From: Cloacimonetes bacterium SCGC AAA252-N17
Lineage (GTDB): Bacteria; Cloacimonadota; Cloacimonadia; JGIOTU-2
Direction of reading: 5' to 3'
Length of the DNA stretch: 64,000 bases
NCBI GenBank assembly: GCA_000404785.1
Contig: ASNI01000003.1
Coordinates: 7,731 to 71,730 of the forward strand
Part shown: one piece after another, positions 17,822 through 26,317 of the stretch
Layout of the letters: the number at the start of each line of letters is the position of its first letter
Position numbering within the stretch: position 1 is the first letter of the stretch
Program-made: the position numbers and the translations under genes
Notes under the pieces: generated by a model
Told to the model about the DNA's origin: nothing
Database searches by the model: none
Seen by the model: the letters and a program-made list of their open reading frames with translations, nothing else

Positions 17822-18187
17822 ATGCGGATAGTAATTTCTACAGAAAATGGAAACGTAGCTCAACATTTCGGACGATGTCCTGAATTTACACTTGTAGATA
17901 TCGAAAACGGAGTTTTAGAAAAAAAAGAAATCGTCCAGAATCCCGGACATGCGCCAGGTGTACTTCCAAAATATTTCAATCAATTAGGGTGTAAGATCAT
18001 CATAGCAGGTGGTATGGGTAACAGAGCACAGGAGCTATTCAGGACCTATGACATGGACTGGATAATCGGTGTGCAGGGTGATGTTGACTCTATCATAGAT
18101 GACTATATTGAAGGCACAATCACAGCAGGCGACAGCATGTGCGAACACGGCGAAGGAAAGGGACCCGGAACCAAAAAGTGGGATTAA
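17822..18187 (+). CDS. NifX/NifB-C-terminal family (dinitrogenase FeMo-cofactor-binding fold) protein
   Basis: MRIVISTENGNVAQHFGRCPEFTLVDIENG...IIIAGGMGNRAQELF, a typical NifX-like pattern. Confidence 0.85.
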   Translation: MRIVISTENGNVAQHFGRCPEFTLVDIENGVLEKKEIVQNPGHAPGVLPKYFNQLGCKIIIAGGMGNRAQELFRTYDMDWIIGVQGDVDSIIDDYIEGTITAGDSMCEHGEGKGPGTKKWD

Positions 18188-18204
18188 CATTATTTTTAAT
18201 ACTT

Positions 18205-18846
18205 ATGAAAATTACTATTATTTTTGATAATACTGCCTACGATCCTGACCTTCAACCTTCATGGGGATTCTCGGCACTCATTGAGATCAATGAGAAAAAA
18301 ATCCTCTTTGATACCGGCGACAATGGCGATATCCTGATGTCAAATATGAAAAAACTTGGTATCGATCCTATTGACATTGATGCTGTTTTCATCTCTCATA
18401 ATCACTACGATCACATCGGTGGATTGTCCTCATTCCTCTCTGAAAATAATGATGTAACACTTTATATCCCACCCTCTCTTCGAGGAATTCATAACGTGAA
18501 AGAACGTATCTATGTTGATAAACCGGCAGAGCTGTATGAAAATATATATTCCACTGGTGAGCTTGCCAATGTCGAACAATCCTTGGTCGTAAAGACTGAA
18601 AAAGGATTGGTCATCATTGTTGGGTGCAGTCATTCGGGAGTGGAACAAATCTTGGAAACAGCGCGACAATTCGGCGAACCCTATGCACTCATCGGTGGGC
18701 TTCATGGTTTCAAAAAATATTCTGTACTCGAACCGCTTACATTTGTGTGCCCTACCCATTGCACCGAGTACATCAAAGAGATAAAAAAGCGTTATCCTGA
18801 AAAATATATCGAAGGCGGAGTAGGAAAAGTAATCGAAATTGAATAA
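18205..18846 (+). CDS. MBL-fold metallo-hydrolase
   Basis: FISHNHYDHIGGL (HxHxDH motif). The start is MKITIIFDN at 18205. Proteins of this type are commonly found next to NifX-like genes. Confidence 0.8.
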   Translation: MKITIIFDNTAYDPDLQPSWGFSALIEINEKKILFDTGDNGDILMSNMKKLGIDPIDIDAVFISHNHYDHIGGLSSFLSENNDVTLYIPPSLRGIHNVKERIYVDKPAELYENIYSTGELANVEQSLVVKTEKGLVIIVGCSHSGVEQILETARQFGEPYALIGGLHGFKKYSVLEPLTFVCPTHCTEYIKEIKKRYPEKYIEGGVGKVIEIE

Positions 18847-18875
18847 TAGAAAAATCTTTCAGAAAAGGAATACCT

Positions 18876-20060
18876 GTGAATAGAAAAAGTTTAACCTCAA
18901 AACGTGTGAGTTCAATCAGCAAATCAGCTATTCATGAAATGACACGACTCTCAAAAGAGATCGAGGATGTCGCATTTCTTTCGTGGGCAAAACCAACTTC
19001 GGGAACACCCAAGCATATAAATAAAGCTGCAATCGAAGCAATAGAAAAAGGTCTTGTTGGAGGATATTCACCAAGTGACGGACTGCTGGAACTGAGAAAA
19101 GAAATTGTGAAAAAGTTAGCTCGGGATAACAATATTATTGCAAATCCGAACCAGATATTAGTGACTGTCGGCGCGATCGAAGGCATCGCTTCTGCAGTAA
19201 TGGCAACCGTCGATCCGGGAGATGAAGTTATCGTGCCCTCCCCCACATATTCCACTCATGTACGGCAGGTGCTTCTCGCATCTGCAAAACCGGTTTTCGT
19301 ACCTCTACATGAAGATGATGAATTTGCTTTTCATATTGAAGATATCAAAAAAGCGATAACTCCGAAAACAAAAGCAATACTCTTCTGCAGTCCAAACAAT
19401 CCGACAGGATCAATATTCCCTGAAGAAACTCTTAGAGAAATTGCTCAAATCGCTATCGAAAACAATCTTGTGATCATTACGGATGAAGCATACGAGTATT
19501 TTGTGTATGATGGAAATAAGCATTTCAGTATTGCTTCAATTCCGGAAGTTCAAAACAATGTGATATCCTGCTACACTTTTACAAAAACCTATGCAATGAC
19601 GGGCTGGCGGATAGGTTATCTTCATGCGCAGGAAGCGGTGATCCCTCAAATAAAAAAAGCACATATTCCTTTTGCGATCTGTGCGCCTGTAATCTCTCAA
19701 TATGCAGCTTTGGAAGCATTGAGAGGTTCACAAAATTGTGTAGATGATTTCCGTTCTCATTACAAATCCGCACGTGATCTTATGTGCAACCGACTCGACC
19801 GGCTCGAGAATATTTTTTCTTATGTAAAACCAACCGGTTCGTACCTGATGTTCCCAAAAATTCTTCTCGATGAAGGCAAGGATTCAATAGATTTCTGTGT
19901 AAATCTACTGCAAAAAGCAAAGGTTTCAACAACGCCTGGTATTGCTTTCGGACCTACAGGGGAAAGTCATCTGCGCTTATCTTTCTGCGTTGATGAAGAC
20001 ATGATCAATACTGCATTTGACCGCATGGAAAAATATTTTTATCATGGAGGTAAGAAATGA
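18876..20060 (+). CDS. PLP-dependent aminotransferase, class I/II (aspartate aminotransferase-like)
   Basis: NPNNPTGS-type motif (SPNNPTGSIF), the TFTKTYAMTGWRIGY lysine motif region and a LRLSF C-terminal motif. GTG start. Confidence 0.85.
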   Translation: MNRKSLTSKRVSSISKSAIHEMTRLSKEIEDVAFLSWAKPTSGTPKHINKAAIEAIEKGLVGGYSPSDGLLELRKEIVKKLARDNNIIANPNQILVTVGAIEGIASAVMATVDPGDEVIVPSPTYSTHVRQVLLASAKPVFVPLHEDDEFAFHIEDIKKAITPKTKAILFCSPNNPTGSIFPEETLREIAQIAIENNLVIITDEAYEYFVYDGNKHFSIASIPEVQNNVISCYTFTKTYAMTGWRIGYLHAQEAVIPQIKKAHIPFAICAPVISQYAALEALRGSQNCVDDFRSHYKSARDLMCNRLDRLENIFSYVKPTGSYLMFPKILLDEGKDSIDFCVNLLQKAKVSTTPGIAFGPTGESHLRLSFCVDEDMINTAFDRMEKYFYHGGKK

Positions 20061-20449
20061 TCCATCATGCTGGACTCACCATCACCGATCCTACTGATAT
20101 AATTAATTTTTATCAGGACATACTCGGTCTGAAGATTAAAAAAGAATTCACTCTTAAAAAAGAGCTCAATCAACAATTATTTGGTTTCTATGAAGATGTC
20201 CCAGTGACCATGCTCTCAAATGGTAAAGCAGATATCGAGATTTTTGTTACAGACCTTCCTGCCAGAAATAATTATTCTCACCTGTGTATCGAAGTAGAAG
20301 ATAGAAACGAAATCATTAAAAAGGTTAAAGAAAAAAACTATAGCCATACGGTTATCGAAAGAGATCTTTACCCGCTTGTATTTATTCAAGATCGATTTGG
20401 CAACTGTTTCGAGATAAAACAAAAAATCAAAGTAGAGAATGTATCATGA
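20057..20449 (+). CDS. VOC/glyoxalase-family protein
   Basis: MIHHAGLTITDP...HLCIEV...FIQDRFGNCFEI pattern. Its start overlaps the upstream stop (ATGA) and its end overlaps the next gene. Confidence 0.7.
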   Translation: MIHHAGLTITDPTDIINFYQDILGLKIKKEFTLKKELNQQLFGFYEDVPVTMLSNGKADIEIFVTDLPARNNYSHLCIEVEDRNEIIKKVKEKNYSHTVIERDLYPLVFIQDRFGNCFEIKQKIKVENVS

Positions 20450-21306
20450 AAATAGCAATTGCAAGTGGAAAAGGCGGTACAGGTAAGACCACTCTTGCGA
20501 CGAATCTTGCCCATCTCCTTTCTCAGAAATTCCCTGTTATTCTCGCAGATCTCGATGTAGAAGAACCCAACTCCGGATTTTTCATTAAAGGGAATAAGAT
20601 ACGGGAAAAAAAAGCTTTTAGAATGATCCCTGAATGGGATAAAGATAAGTGTGTACTTTGCGGTAATTGCCAGCGAGTATGTAAGTTCAATGCAGTTATA
20701 AAATTGGGAGAAGAGGTGTTGGTTTTCAATCAACTGTGCCATGGTTGTTATGCATGCTCGGAGCTGTGTCCGCAAAATGCCCTACTCATGAAATCTTTTG
20801 AAGTGGGAAAGATCACAGAATTCAGAAAGAATGATTTGCATTTTTTAGAAGGAAAGCTCAATGTCGGCGAAGAACAGGCAGTGCCTGTGATCAAGAGAAC
20901 ATTAGAATATGTTGAGCAGAAATTTTCACCTGATATACTACGAATTTTTGATGCACCCCCAGGGACTTCCTGTCCTGTGATCGAAGCGACGAAAGATGCT
21001 GATTATATTATTCTCATCACCGAACCGACCCCCTTTGGATTGCATGATCTCAAGCTGGCTGTAGACGTTATGAGAGAGTTGAAAAAACAATGTGGCGTTG
21101 TCATAAACCGTTATGGTATTGGAAACGATGATGTGATACGTTATTGTAAAAAAGAACGTATCCCTCTCCTCGGTAAAATTCCTAATATGAAAAGAGCGGC
21201 AGAAACCTATGCAAAGGGTGGATTACTTTCTGAAACTATACCTGAGATCAGGAATTCCTTTGAAAAAATTATCGAGAACCTGCGAACTTTGGAGGTGCTG
21301 TCATGA
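20446..21306 (+). CDS. MinD/CooC-superfamily P-loop ATPase with inserted 2x[4Fe-4S] ferredoxin domain
   Basis: IASGKGGTGKTT Walker A, then CVLCGNCQRVC and CHGCYACSELCP cluster motifs. Confidence 0.88.
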   Translation: MKIAIASGKGGTGKTTLATNLAHLLSQKFPVILADLDVEEPNSGFFIKGNKIREKKAFRMIPEWDKDKCVLCGNCQRVCKFNAVIKLGEEVLVFNQLCHGCYACSELCPQNALLMKSFEVGKITEFRKNDLHFLEGKLNVGEEQAVPVIKRTLEYVEQKFSPDILRIFDAPPGTSCPVIEATKDADYIILITEPTPFGLHDLKLAVDVMRELKKQCGVVINRYGIGNDDVIRYCKKERIPLLGKIPNMKRAAETYAKGGLLSETIPEIRNSFEKIIENLRTLEVLS

Positions 21307-22184
21307 AAGAAATAGTGATCATTTCAGGTAAGGGCGGCACAGGTAAAACCTCTATCACTGCTGCGTTTGCAATGCTTGCTGGCAACGATGCCGTTATAGC
21401 AGACTGCGATGTGGACGCTGCTGATATGCACCTTCTTCTTCAACCGGATTTCTCACAATCAGAAGATTTTTATTCCGGCTTCAAAGCAGTGATCGATCAA
21501 TCATTATGTATAAAATGTGGGAAATGCCAGAAGATATGCAGATTTGATGCAATAAAAAATATCAATGACTCTTTCAATATAACACCTCTCGATTGTGAAG
21601 GATGTGGCTACTGCGCCGAAATATGCCCTGTAAAAGCAATACAAATGGTAGAGCAGAATGTCGGCAAATGGTATATTTCAAAAATAAAGAGCGGTACTCA
21701 CATGGTGCATGCGAGACTCGGTATTGGTGCTGATAATTCCGGGAAATTGGTCGCGAAAGTCAAAAAAGAAGCAAAGAATGTTGCCCAAGAAACAAGCAAG
21801 GATATTATTCTTGTCGATGGCTCTCCCGGTATTGGATGTCCTGTAGTATCTTCTTTGTCCGGTGCTGATTATGTAATTCTTGTTACTGAACCTACACTGT
21901 CCGGATTTCATGACATGAAGAGAGTGTTTGAACTTATTCAAAATTTCAAACTTCCATCAGGCTGTATTATAAACAAGTATGATATAAATATTGAAATCGC
22001 AGAGAAAATACGCGATTTTTGTGAGAAAAATTCGATAGATCATATTTCAAATCTTCCTTACGATGAGAGCTTTACTGTCGCAATGACACAAGGAAAAACA
22101 ATTATTGAAAGCAATTCCGAAACCTTGAAAATTATTTTAGAAGATAGTTGGAAAAAGATAATTAAGCTCACGGATTTTCACTGA
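21303..22184 (+). CDS. MinD/CooC-superfamily P-loop ATPase with inserted 2x[4Fe-4S] ferredoxin domain (paralogue)
   Basis: IISGKGGTGKTS Walker A, then CIKCGKCQKIC and CEGCGYCAEICP. There is a 4-nt overlap with the preceding paralogue. The last codons (KLTDFH) are encoded by a repeat arm. Confidence 0.88.
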   Translation: MKEIVIISGKGGTGKTSITAAFAMLAGNDAVIADCDVDAADMHLLLQPDFSQSEDFYSGFKAVIDQSLCIKCGKCQKICRFDAIKNINDSFNITPLDCEGCGYCAEICPVKAIQMVEQNVGKWYISKIKSGTHMVHARLGIGADNSGKLVAKVKKEAKNVAQETSKDIILVDGSPGIGCPVVSSLSGADYVILVTEPTLSGFHDMKRVFELIQNFKLPSGCIINKYDINIEIAEKIRDFCEKNSIDHISNLPYDESFTVAMTQGKTIIESNSETLKIILEDSWKKIIKLTDFH

Positions 22185-22799
22185 TGAACACAGATTTTAT
22201 TCCTTATTTAAAAAAAATATTTTCAGTAAAATGTTCCAATTTTCAGATACATCTTTAAAAAATACATATATATTATTAGAAATGGCAACAATAAAAAAGC
22301 TATATAATTCTAAACCGCGTTTATCTGCGTAAACCAGTGATCTATAACATGAAATATAAAGAACTTAGTTCAAAAATCATTCAAGCTTTTTACAATGTAT
22401 ATAACACTCTTGGATACGGATTCCTTGAAAAAGTGTATGAAAATGCAATTCTGATCGAACTAAGTAAAATGTGTGTGAATTGTTCTAGACAAGTTCCTAT
22501 CAGCGTCATATATGGAAATGAAATTGTTGGAGAATATTACGCAGATATACTTGTTGAAGATAAGATCATTCTTGAATTAAAAGCAATCAAAACTTTAACA
22601 AAACAAGATGAAGCACAACTTCTCGCATATCTAACCGCAACAAATATTGAAGTAGGTCTTCTCCTTAATTTTGGCGAGAAACCAGAGTTTATAAGAAAAA
22701 TATATGATAATGACCGAAAGAAATATACACCAATTAACACTAATACTGATGAAACAACCTAATAATTTTATCAGCGCTCATCCGTGTAAATCCGTGAGC
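22166..22799. repeat. Inverted 12-bp repeat bracketing the GxxExxY gene cassette
   Basis: GCTCACGGATTT (22166-22177) and its exact reverse complement AAATCCGTGAGC (22788-22799). There are also related direct 18-mers, ATCTGCGTAAACCAGTGA (22323-22340) and ATCCGTGTAAATCCGTGA (22780-22797), matching at 14 of 18. Confidence 0.6.
22349..22762 (+). CDS. GxxExxY protein (PD-(D/E)xK-like family)
   Basis: GYGFLEKVYENAL-type motif (GYGFLEKVYENAILIEL), YYADILVEDKIILELKA, and AQLLAYL...GLLLNFG. Confidence 0.85.
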   Translation: MKYKELSSKIIQAFYNVYNTLGYGFLEKVYENAILIELSKMCVNCSRQVPISVIYGNEIVGEYYADILVEDKIILELKAIKTLTKQDEAQLLAYLTATNIEVGLLLNFGEKPEFIRKIYDNDRKKYTPINTNTDETT

Positions 22800-22822
22800 C
22801 AAAAAAACAAAATGGAGAAAAA

Positions 22823-23152
22823 ATGAAAATCGCATTTACAACAAAAGGAAAAGAATGGGACTCCCCTATGGATCCCAGGTTTGGAAGAACAGAATATTTT
22901 CTTATTTATGATGAAAAAAACGACGAACTGACCTCAATTGATAACACTGATATCAATGAAGTTGCGCATGGTGCAGGTCCCCGTACAGCTCAGAAACTTT
23001 TTGAACAAAAACCCGATGTGTTGATCACCGGCAATGGACCTGGTGGTAATGCTGCGATGGCTCTCCAACAAGGAAATATTAAAATTATTACTGGTGCTGG
23101 AACAATGACAGCAAAACAAGCTTATGAGGCTTACAAAAACGGTACATTATAA
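22823..23152 (+). CDS. NifX/NifB-C-terminal family protein
   Basis: MKIAFTTKGKEWDSPMDPRFGRTEYFLIYD...VLITGNGPGGNAAMAL. Confidence 0.85.
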   Translation: MKIAFTTKGKEWDSPMDPRFGRTEYFLIYDEKNDELTSIDNTDINEVAHGAGPRTAQKLFEQKPDVLITGNGPGGNAAMALQQGNIKIITGAGTMTAKQAYEAYKNGTL

Positions 23153-23158
23153 TTGTTT

Positions 23159-23302
23159 ATGAAATTCAACGTCGCCTTTGCCACAGATGATGGGAAAACA
23201 TTTATTGGTCGTCATTTTAGCGATGCACTCTTTTATGATATTTATGAACTTGGGAGCAAAAAAATTGATCAAAATGCGGATGAAATAATATGCCACAAAT
23301 AA
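23159..23302 (+). pseudogene. 47-codon 5' fragment of a NifX-like gene (paralogue of 24063-24455)
   Basis: MKFNVAFATDDGKTFIGRHFSDALFYDIYEL aligns with MEKIRVAFATDDGKTFMGRHFGDARFYDIYEL. The frame then ends inside the start of the TauE gene. Confidence 0.6.
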
Positions 23303-24033
23303 CATTAATCACAATTTATTTTATTATCGGTACTTTTGCTGGTTTTATGAGCGGTATGTTTGGAATTGGAGGAGGGACTGTAAGGATACCTTTGCTTAAT
23401 CTTGCAGGGTTGCCTTTATTAAGCGCCTTTGGAATTAATTTTTTTGTTATCCCTTTTTCATCATTAGTAGGTGCAATAAGTCAGAGAAAAAACATCGCCA
23501 AAGAGATAGTGATTTATGCGATTGTCGGGGGTGTCTTAGGAGAAATAATAGGAGCAATTTCTGTCAGATTTATCCCGACGCTAATCCTGGCAATTATCTT
23601 TGCTATCCTTTGTTTTATAGTAGCATTTGGCATTCATTTAAGTAAGATTGTGCCAAAGCTTGCCCAAAAGGTTAAACCTACTAAGAGAAATATTTTTGGC
23701 TCTTCTTTTTTTGTAAGTATTATAACCGGTTTAAGAGGGGGCAGTGGTGGTCAAATCTTTCCAGCCCTTTTTAAAAGTTTTGGTCTTGATACCCACCAAG
23801 CAATCGCCACTTCATTAACTGTATCAATTTTTACTGCCTTTGGTGCTATACCAATATATTGGCATCGTGGTAATATAGTCTGGATTCCGGCGTTATTTGT
23901 ACTTATAGGCTCAATGATCGGTGCAAGAATTGGAAGTAAAGTTTCATTAAAGACAAAGCCGCTTTGGCTAGAAATTGGACTTACAATGCTTATTATAGTT
24001 CTTGCTTTTAGTGTAATATATAAAGCATTATAA
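23290..24033 (+). CDS. TauE/SafE family sulfite/anion exporter
   Basis: 247 aa of polytopic membrane protein with the GxGGG motifs typical of TauE (FGIGGGTVRIPLL, LRGGSGGQIF). Confidence 0.8.
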   Translation: MPQITLITIYFIIGTFAGFMSGMFGIGGGTVRIPLLNLAGLPLLSAFGINFFVIPFSSLVGAISQRKNIAKEIVIYAIVGGVLGEIIGAISVRFIPTLILAIIFAILCFIVAFGIHLSKIVPKLAQKVKPTKRNIFGSSFFVSIITGLRGGSGGQIFPALFKSFGLDTHQAIATSLTVSIFTAFGAIPIYWHRGNIVWIPALFVLIGSMIGARIGSKVSLKTKPLWLEIGLTMLIIVLAFSVIYKAL

Positions 24034-24062
24034 ATAACATAAACAAAAGAATATGGTAAAAA

Positions 24063-24455
24063 ATGGAAAAAATAAGAGTAGCATTTGCCACTGATGATGG
24101 CAAAACCTTTATGGGAAGGCATTTTGGAGATGCGCGTTTTTATGACATTTATGAACTTTATGAGAATCAAGCTTCTTTTTTAAAAAGGATCGAAAACACA
24201 GTTGATGAAGAAGAGGATGTACATGCAGATCCTAAAAAAGCAAAGGGAATCAGCACCCTACTTCTCGAAGAAAAGGTAAATGTTGTTGTATCAAAAATTT
24301 TTGGACCAAATATTAAGCGCATAAAAAAGAAATTTGTCTGCATCGTAGTGAGAGATGATGAAATTGATATTGGACTGAAAAAAATCTGTGAAAATATTGA
24401 GAAAATACATGTCGAATGGGAAAAAGGCCAAGAGAGAACACATCTCTTAATGTAA
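24063..24455 (+). CDS. NifX/NifB-C-terminal family protein
   Basis: RVAFATDDGKTFMGRHFGDARFYDIYEL...VVVSKIFGPNIKRI. Confidence 0.8.
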   Translation: MEKIRVAFATDDGKTFMGRHFGDARFYDIYELYENQASFLKRIENTVDEEEDVHADPKKAKGISTLLLEEKVNVVVSKIFGPNIKRIKKKFVCIVVRDDEIDIGLKKICENIEKIHVEWEKGQERTHLLM

Positions 24456-24473
24456 ATCCCAGAAAGAGTTGAT

Positions 24474-25116
24474 TTGGCAAAAACAAGGGCATTCAATAAT
24501 AATTTGCACAAATATGAAGAGTGGTTTGTAATCAATAAATTCGTATATTTATCCGAATTAAAAGCAGTTGAAAAAGCAATTCCAAAAAAATGAAAAGGGT
24601 TTTGAGATAGGAATCGGCAGTGGTCTTTTTGCACAACCTTTTGATATAAAAGAAGGAATAGATCCTTCTAATAAGATGAGGGGAAAAGCAAAGGAAAGAG
24701 GGATTAAGACCATTGATGCAGTTGCTGAAAATCTCCCCTACCCTGATGAGAGTTGGAATTATGCTTTGATGGTTACCACGATTTGTTTCGTAGATGATAT
24801 ACAAAAGTCATTTCAGGAAGCTCATCGCGTTCTCAAACAAGATGGCCATCTCATCATCGGGTTTGTTGATAAAAACAGTACTGTTGGGAAAACATATTTA
24901 GAATTTCAAGATAAAAGTGTTTTTTATAAAGAAGCAACATTTTTTGGAACTGAAGAAGTCTATGAATTGCTCCAACAAACGGGATTTAAAATTGAAGAAA
25001 CCTTTCAGACAGTGTTTGGAAAACTTGATGAAATAACTGAAGTTCAAAAAGTGTTAGATGGGTACGGAGATGGTAGTTTTATCGTTATTAATGCAAAAAA
25101 AACAAAATCGTTTTAA
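24474..25116 (+). CDS. Class I SAM-dependent methyltransferase, reading frame broken at an A7 run (24584-24590)
   Basis: The upstream frame (TTG 24474) gives AKTRAFNNNLHKYEEWFVINKFVYLSELKAVEKAIPKK-stop. The downstream ORF 24568-25116 carries GFEIGIGSG (motif I) and ENLPYPDESWNY. Deleting one A yields a continuous ...AIPKNEKGFEIGIGSG. Confidence 0.75.
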
Positions 25117-25137
25117 TAAAATATTTATTTAGCTATT

Positions 25138-25680
25138 ATGAATTTGGATAATTATAAAAATCAAATTAAAAATAACAGAAAAGGAAAAGATATATTTTTC
25201 AAACAAAATTTTCAATCACCTATTTTGCCGAAAGAAAGAGCAAATTTCACAAAATTAAACTATTTTGAACCTTATCTCAAATATAGATTCGAATTGGAAT
25301 TAGAAGAATTTTCCCACAAAGAAAAAGTGATAATCAAAGATACAGGTGGAAATTTAAGGAATTTTCTGAAATGGGGAAAATTTTCTTTCGAGGTGGAAAA
25401 TAGCATCTGTGTTTTAAATGTATACAAATCTGAAGAATCAGAAACTCGACTTTTTATCCCTTTCAAAGATGCTACCAACGGAAAAAAAACTTACGGAGCA
25501 GGTAGATATTTAGACCTTTATGAGGAAAGAGACAAAATGGGAAATAAGTGGATATTGGATTTTAATTTAGCAACTAACCCTTGGTGTGCCTATAGTCCTA
25601 ATTATGTCTGTCCCTTAATTCCATCTGAAAATATTCTAAAAGTAGAGATAAAAGCAGGAGAAAAGACTTATAAGCAATAA
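25138..25680 (+). CDS. DUF1684 domain protein
   Basis: LNYFEP...GAGRYLDL...NLATNPWCAYSPNYVCPLIPSEN, a typical DUF1684 C-terminal signature. Confidence 0.8.
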   Translation: MNLDNYKNQIKNNRKGKDIFFKQNFQSPILPKERANFTKLNYFEPYLKYRFELELEEFSHKEKVIIKDTGGNLRNFLKWGKFSFEVENSICVLNVYKSEESETRLFIPFKDATNGKKTYGAGRYLDLYEERDKMGNKWILDFNLATNPWCAYSPNYVCPLIPSENILKVEIKAGEKTYKQ

Positions 25681-25749
25681 GGTGAAGAAATTAAGGATTT
25701 TTTAAATGTTAAAGCATTCCGAAAATATTGAATTAACGGAGAAAATAAA

Positions 25750-26235
25750 ATGACAAAAATAGACAAAGAAAAATGCATTGGCTGTAGCGTTTGTGTTAAT
25801 ATTTGTCCTGAAGGTTTTTTAATTAAAAACTCAATAGCTGAAATTATAGACGAACATGCTTCATGTATTGATAAAGCGGCAAATGCTTGTCCGGTTGGAG
25901 CTATTGTCACAACCAAAACAGATAAAAAGAGCACTCAATCAAGAACAAAAAAAGAAGTGTTTTCTGAATCGACTGAAAGAATTGAAAATTCATTTAGTAA
26001 TTATGGTAGAGGTAGTGGGCAAGGATTTGGTTCAGGTAGAAGTGGTGGACAAGGAAAAAACCAAGGACTTGGTTTCGGCAGTGGTGGAGGACGGGGAAGA
26101 AATCAAGGTTTGGGTCGGGGACAAGGTGGTTATTGTGTTTGCCCAAGTTGCGGACATAAAGAACCGCACCAAAGAGGTGTTCCGTGCTATCAAACTCACT
26201 GTCCGAAATGTAATTCGATTATGAGACGAGTTTAA
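25750..26235 (+). CDS. 4Fe-4S ferredoxin fused through a Gly-rich linker to a CxCPxCG...CPKC zinc ribbon
   Basis: [12 protein letters not shown] and a partial second cluster motif (ANACPVGAI), then [42 protein letters not shown], then [29 protein letters not shown]. Confidence 0.8.
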   Translation: [161 protein letters not shown]

Positions 26236-26317
26236 ATATTTGCATAAATTTTCGCATTTTTGGAAAGATGTTCATATTATAATAATGTGGAATATTTTAA
26301 AAAAATTAGTAAAAAAA

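Noticed and set aside
17822-24455. A nitrogen-fixation (nif) cluster, suggested by the NifX/NifB-like ORFs.
   Set aside because: There is no nifH, nifD, nifK, nifE, nifN or radical-SAM NifB domain in the window. Small NifX-like proteins are widespread in non-diazotrophic anaerobes.
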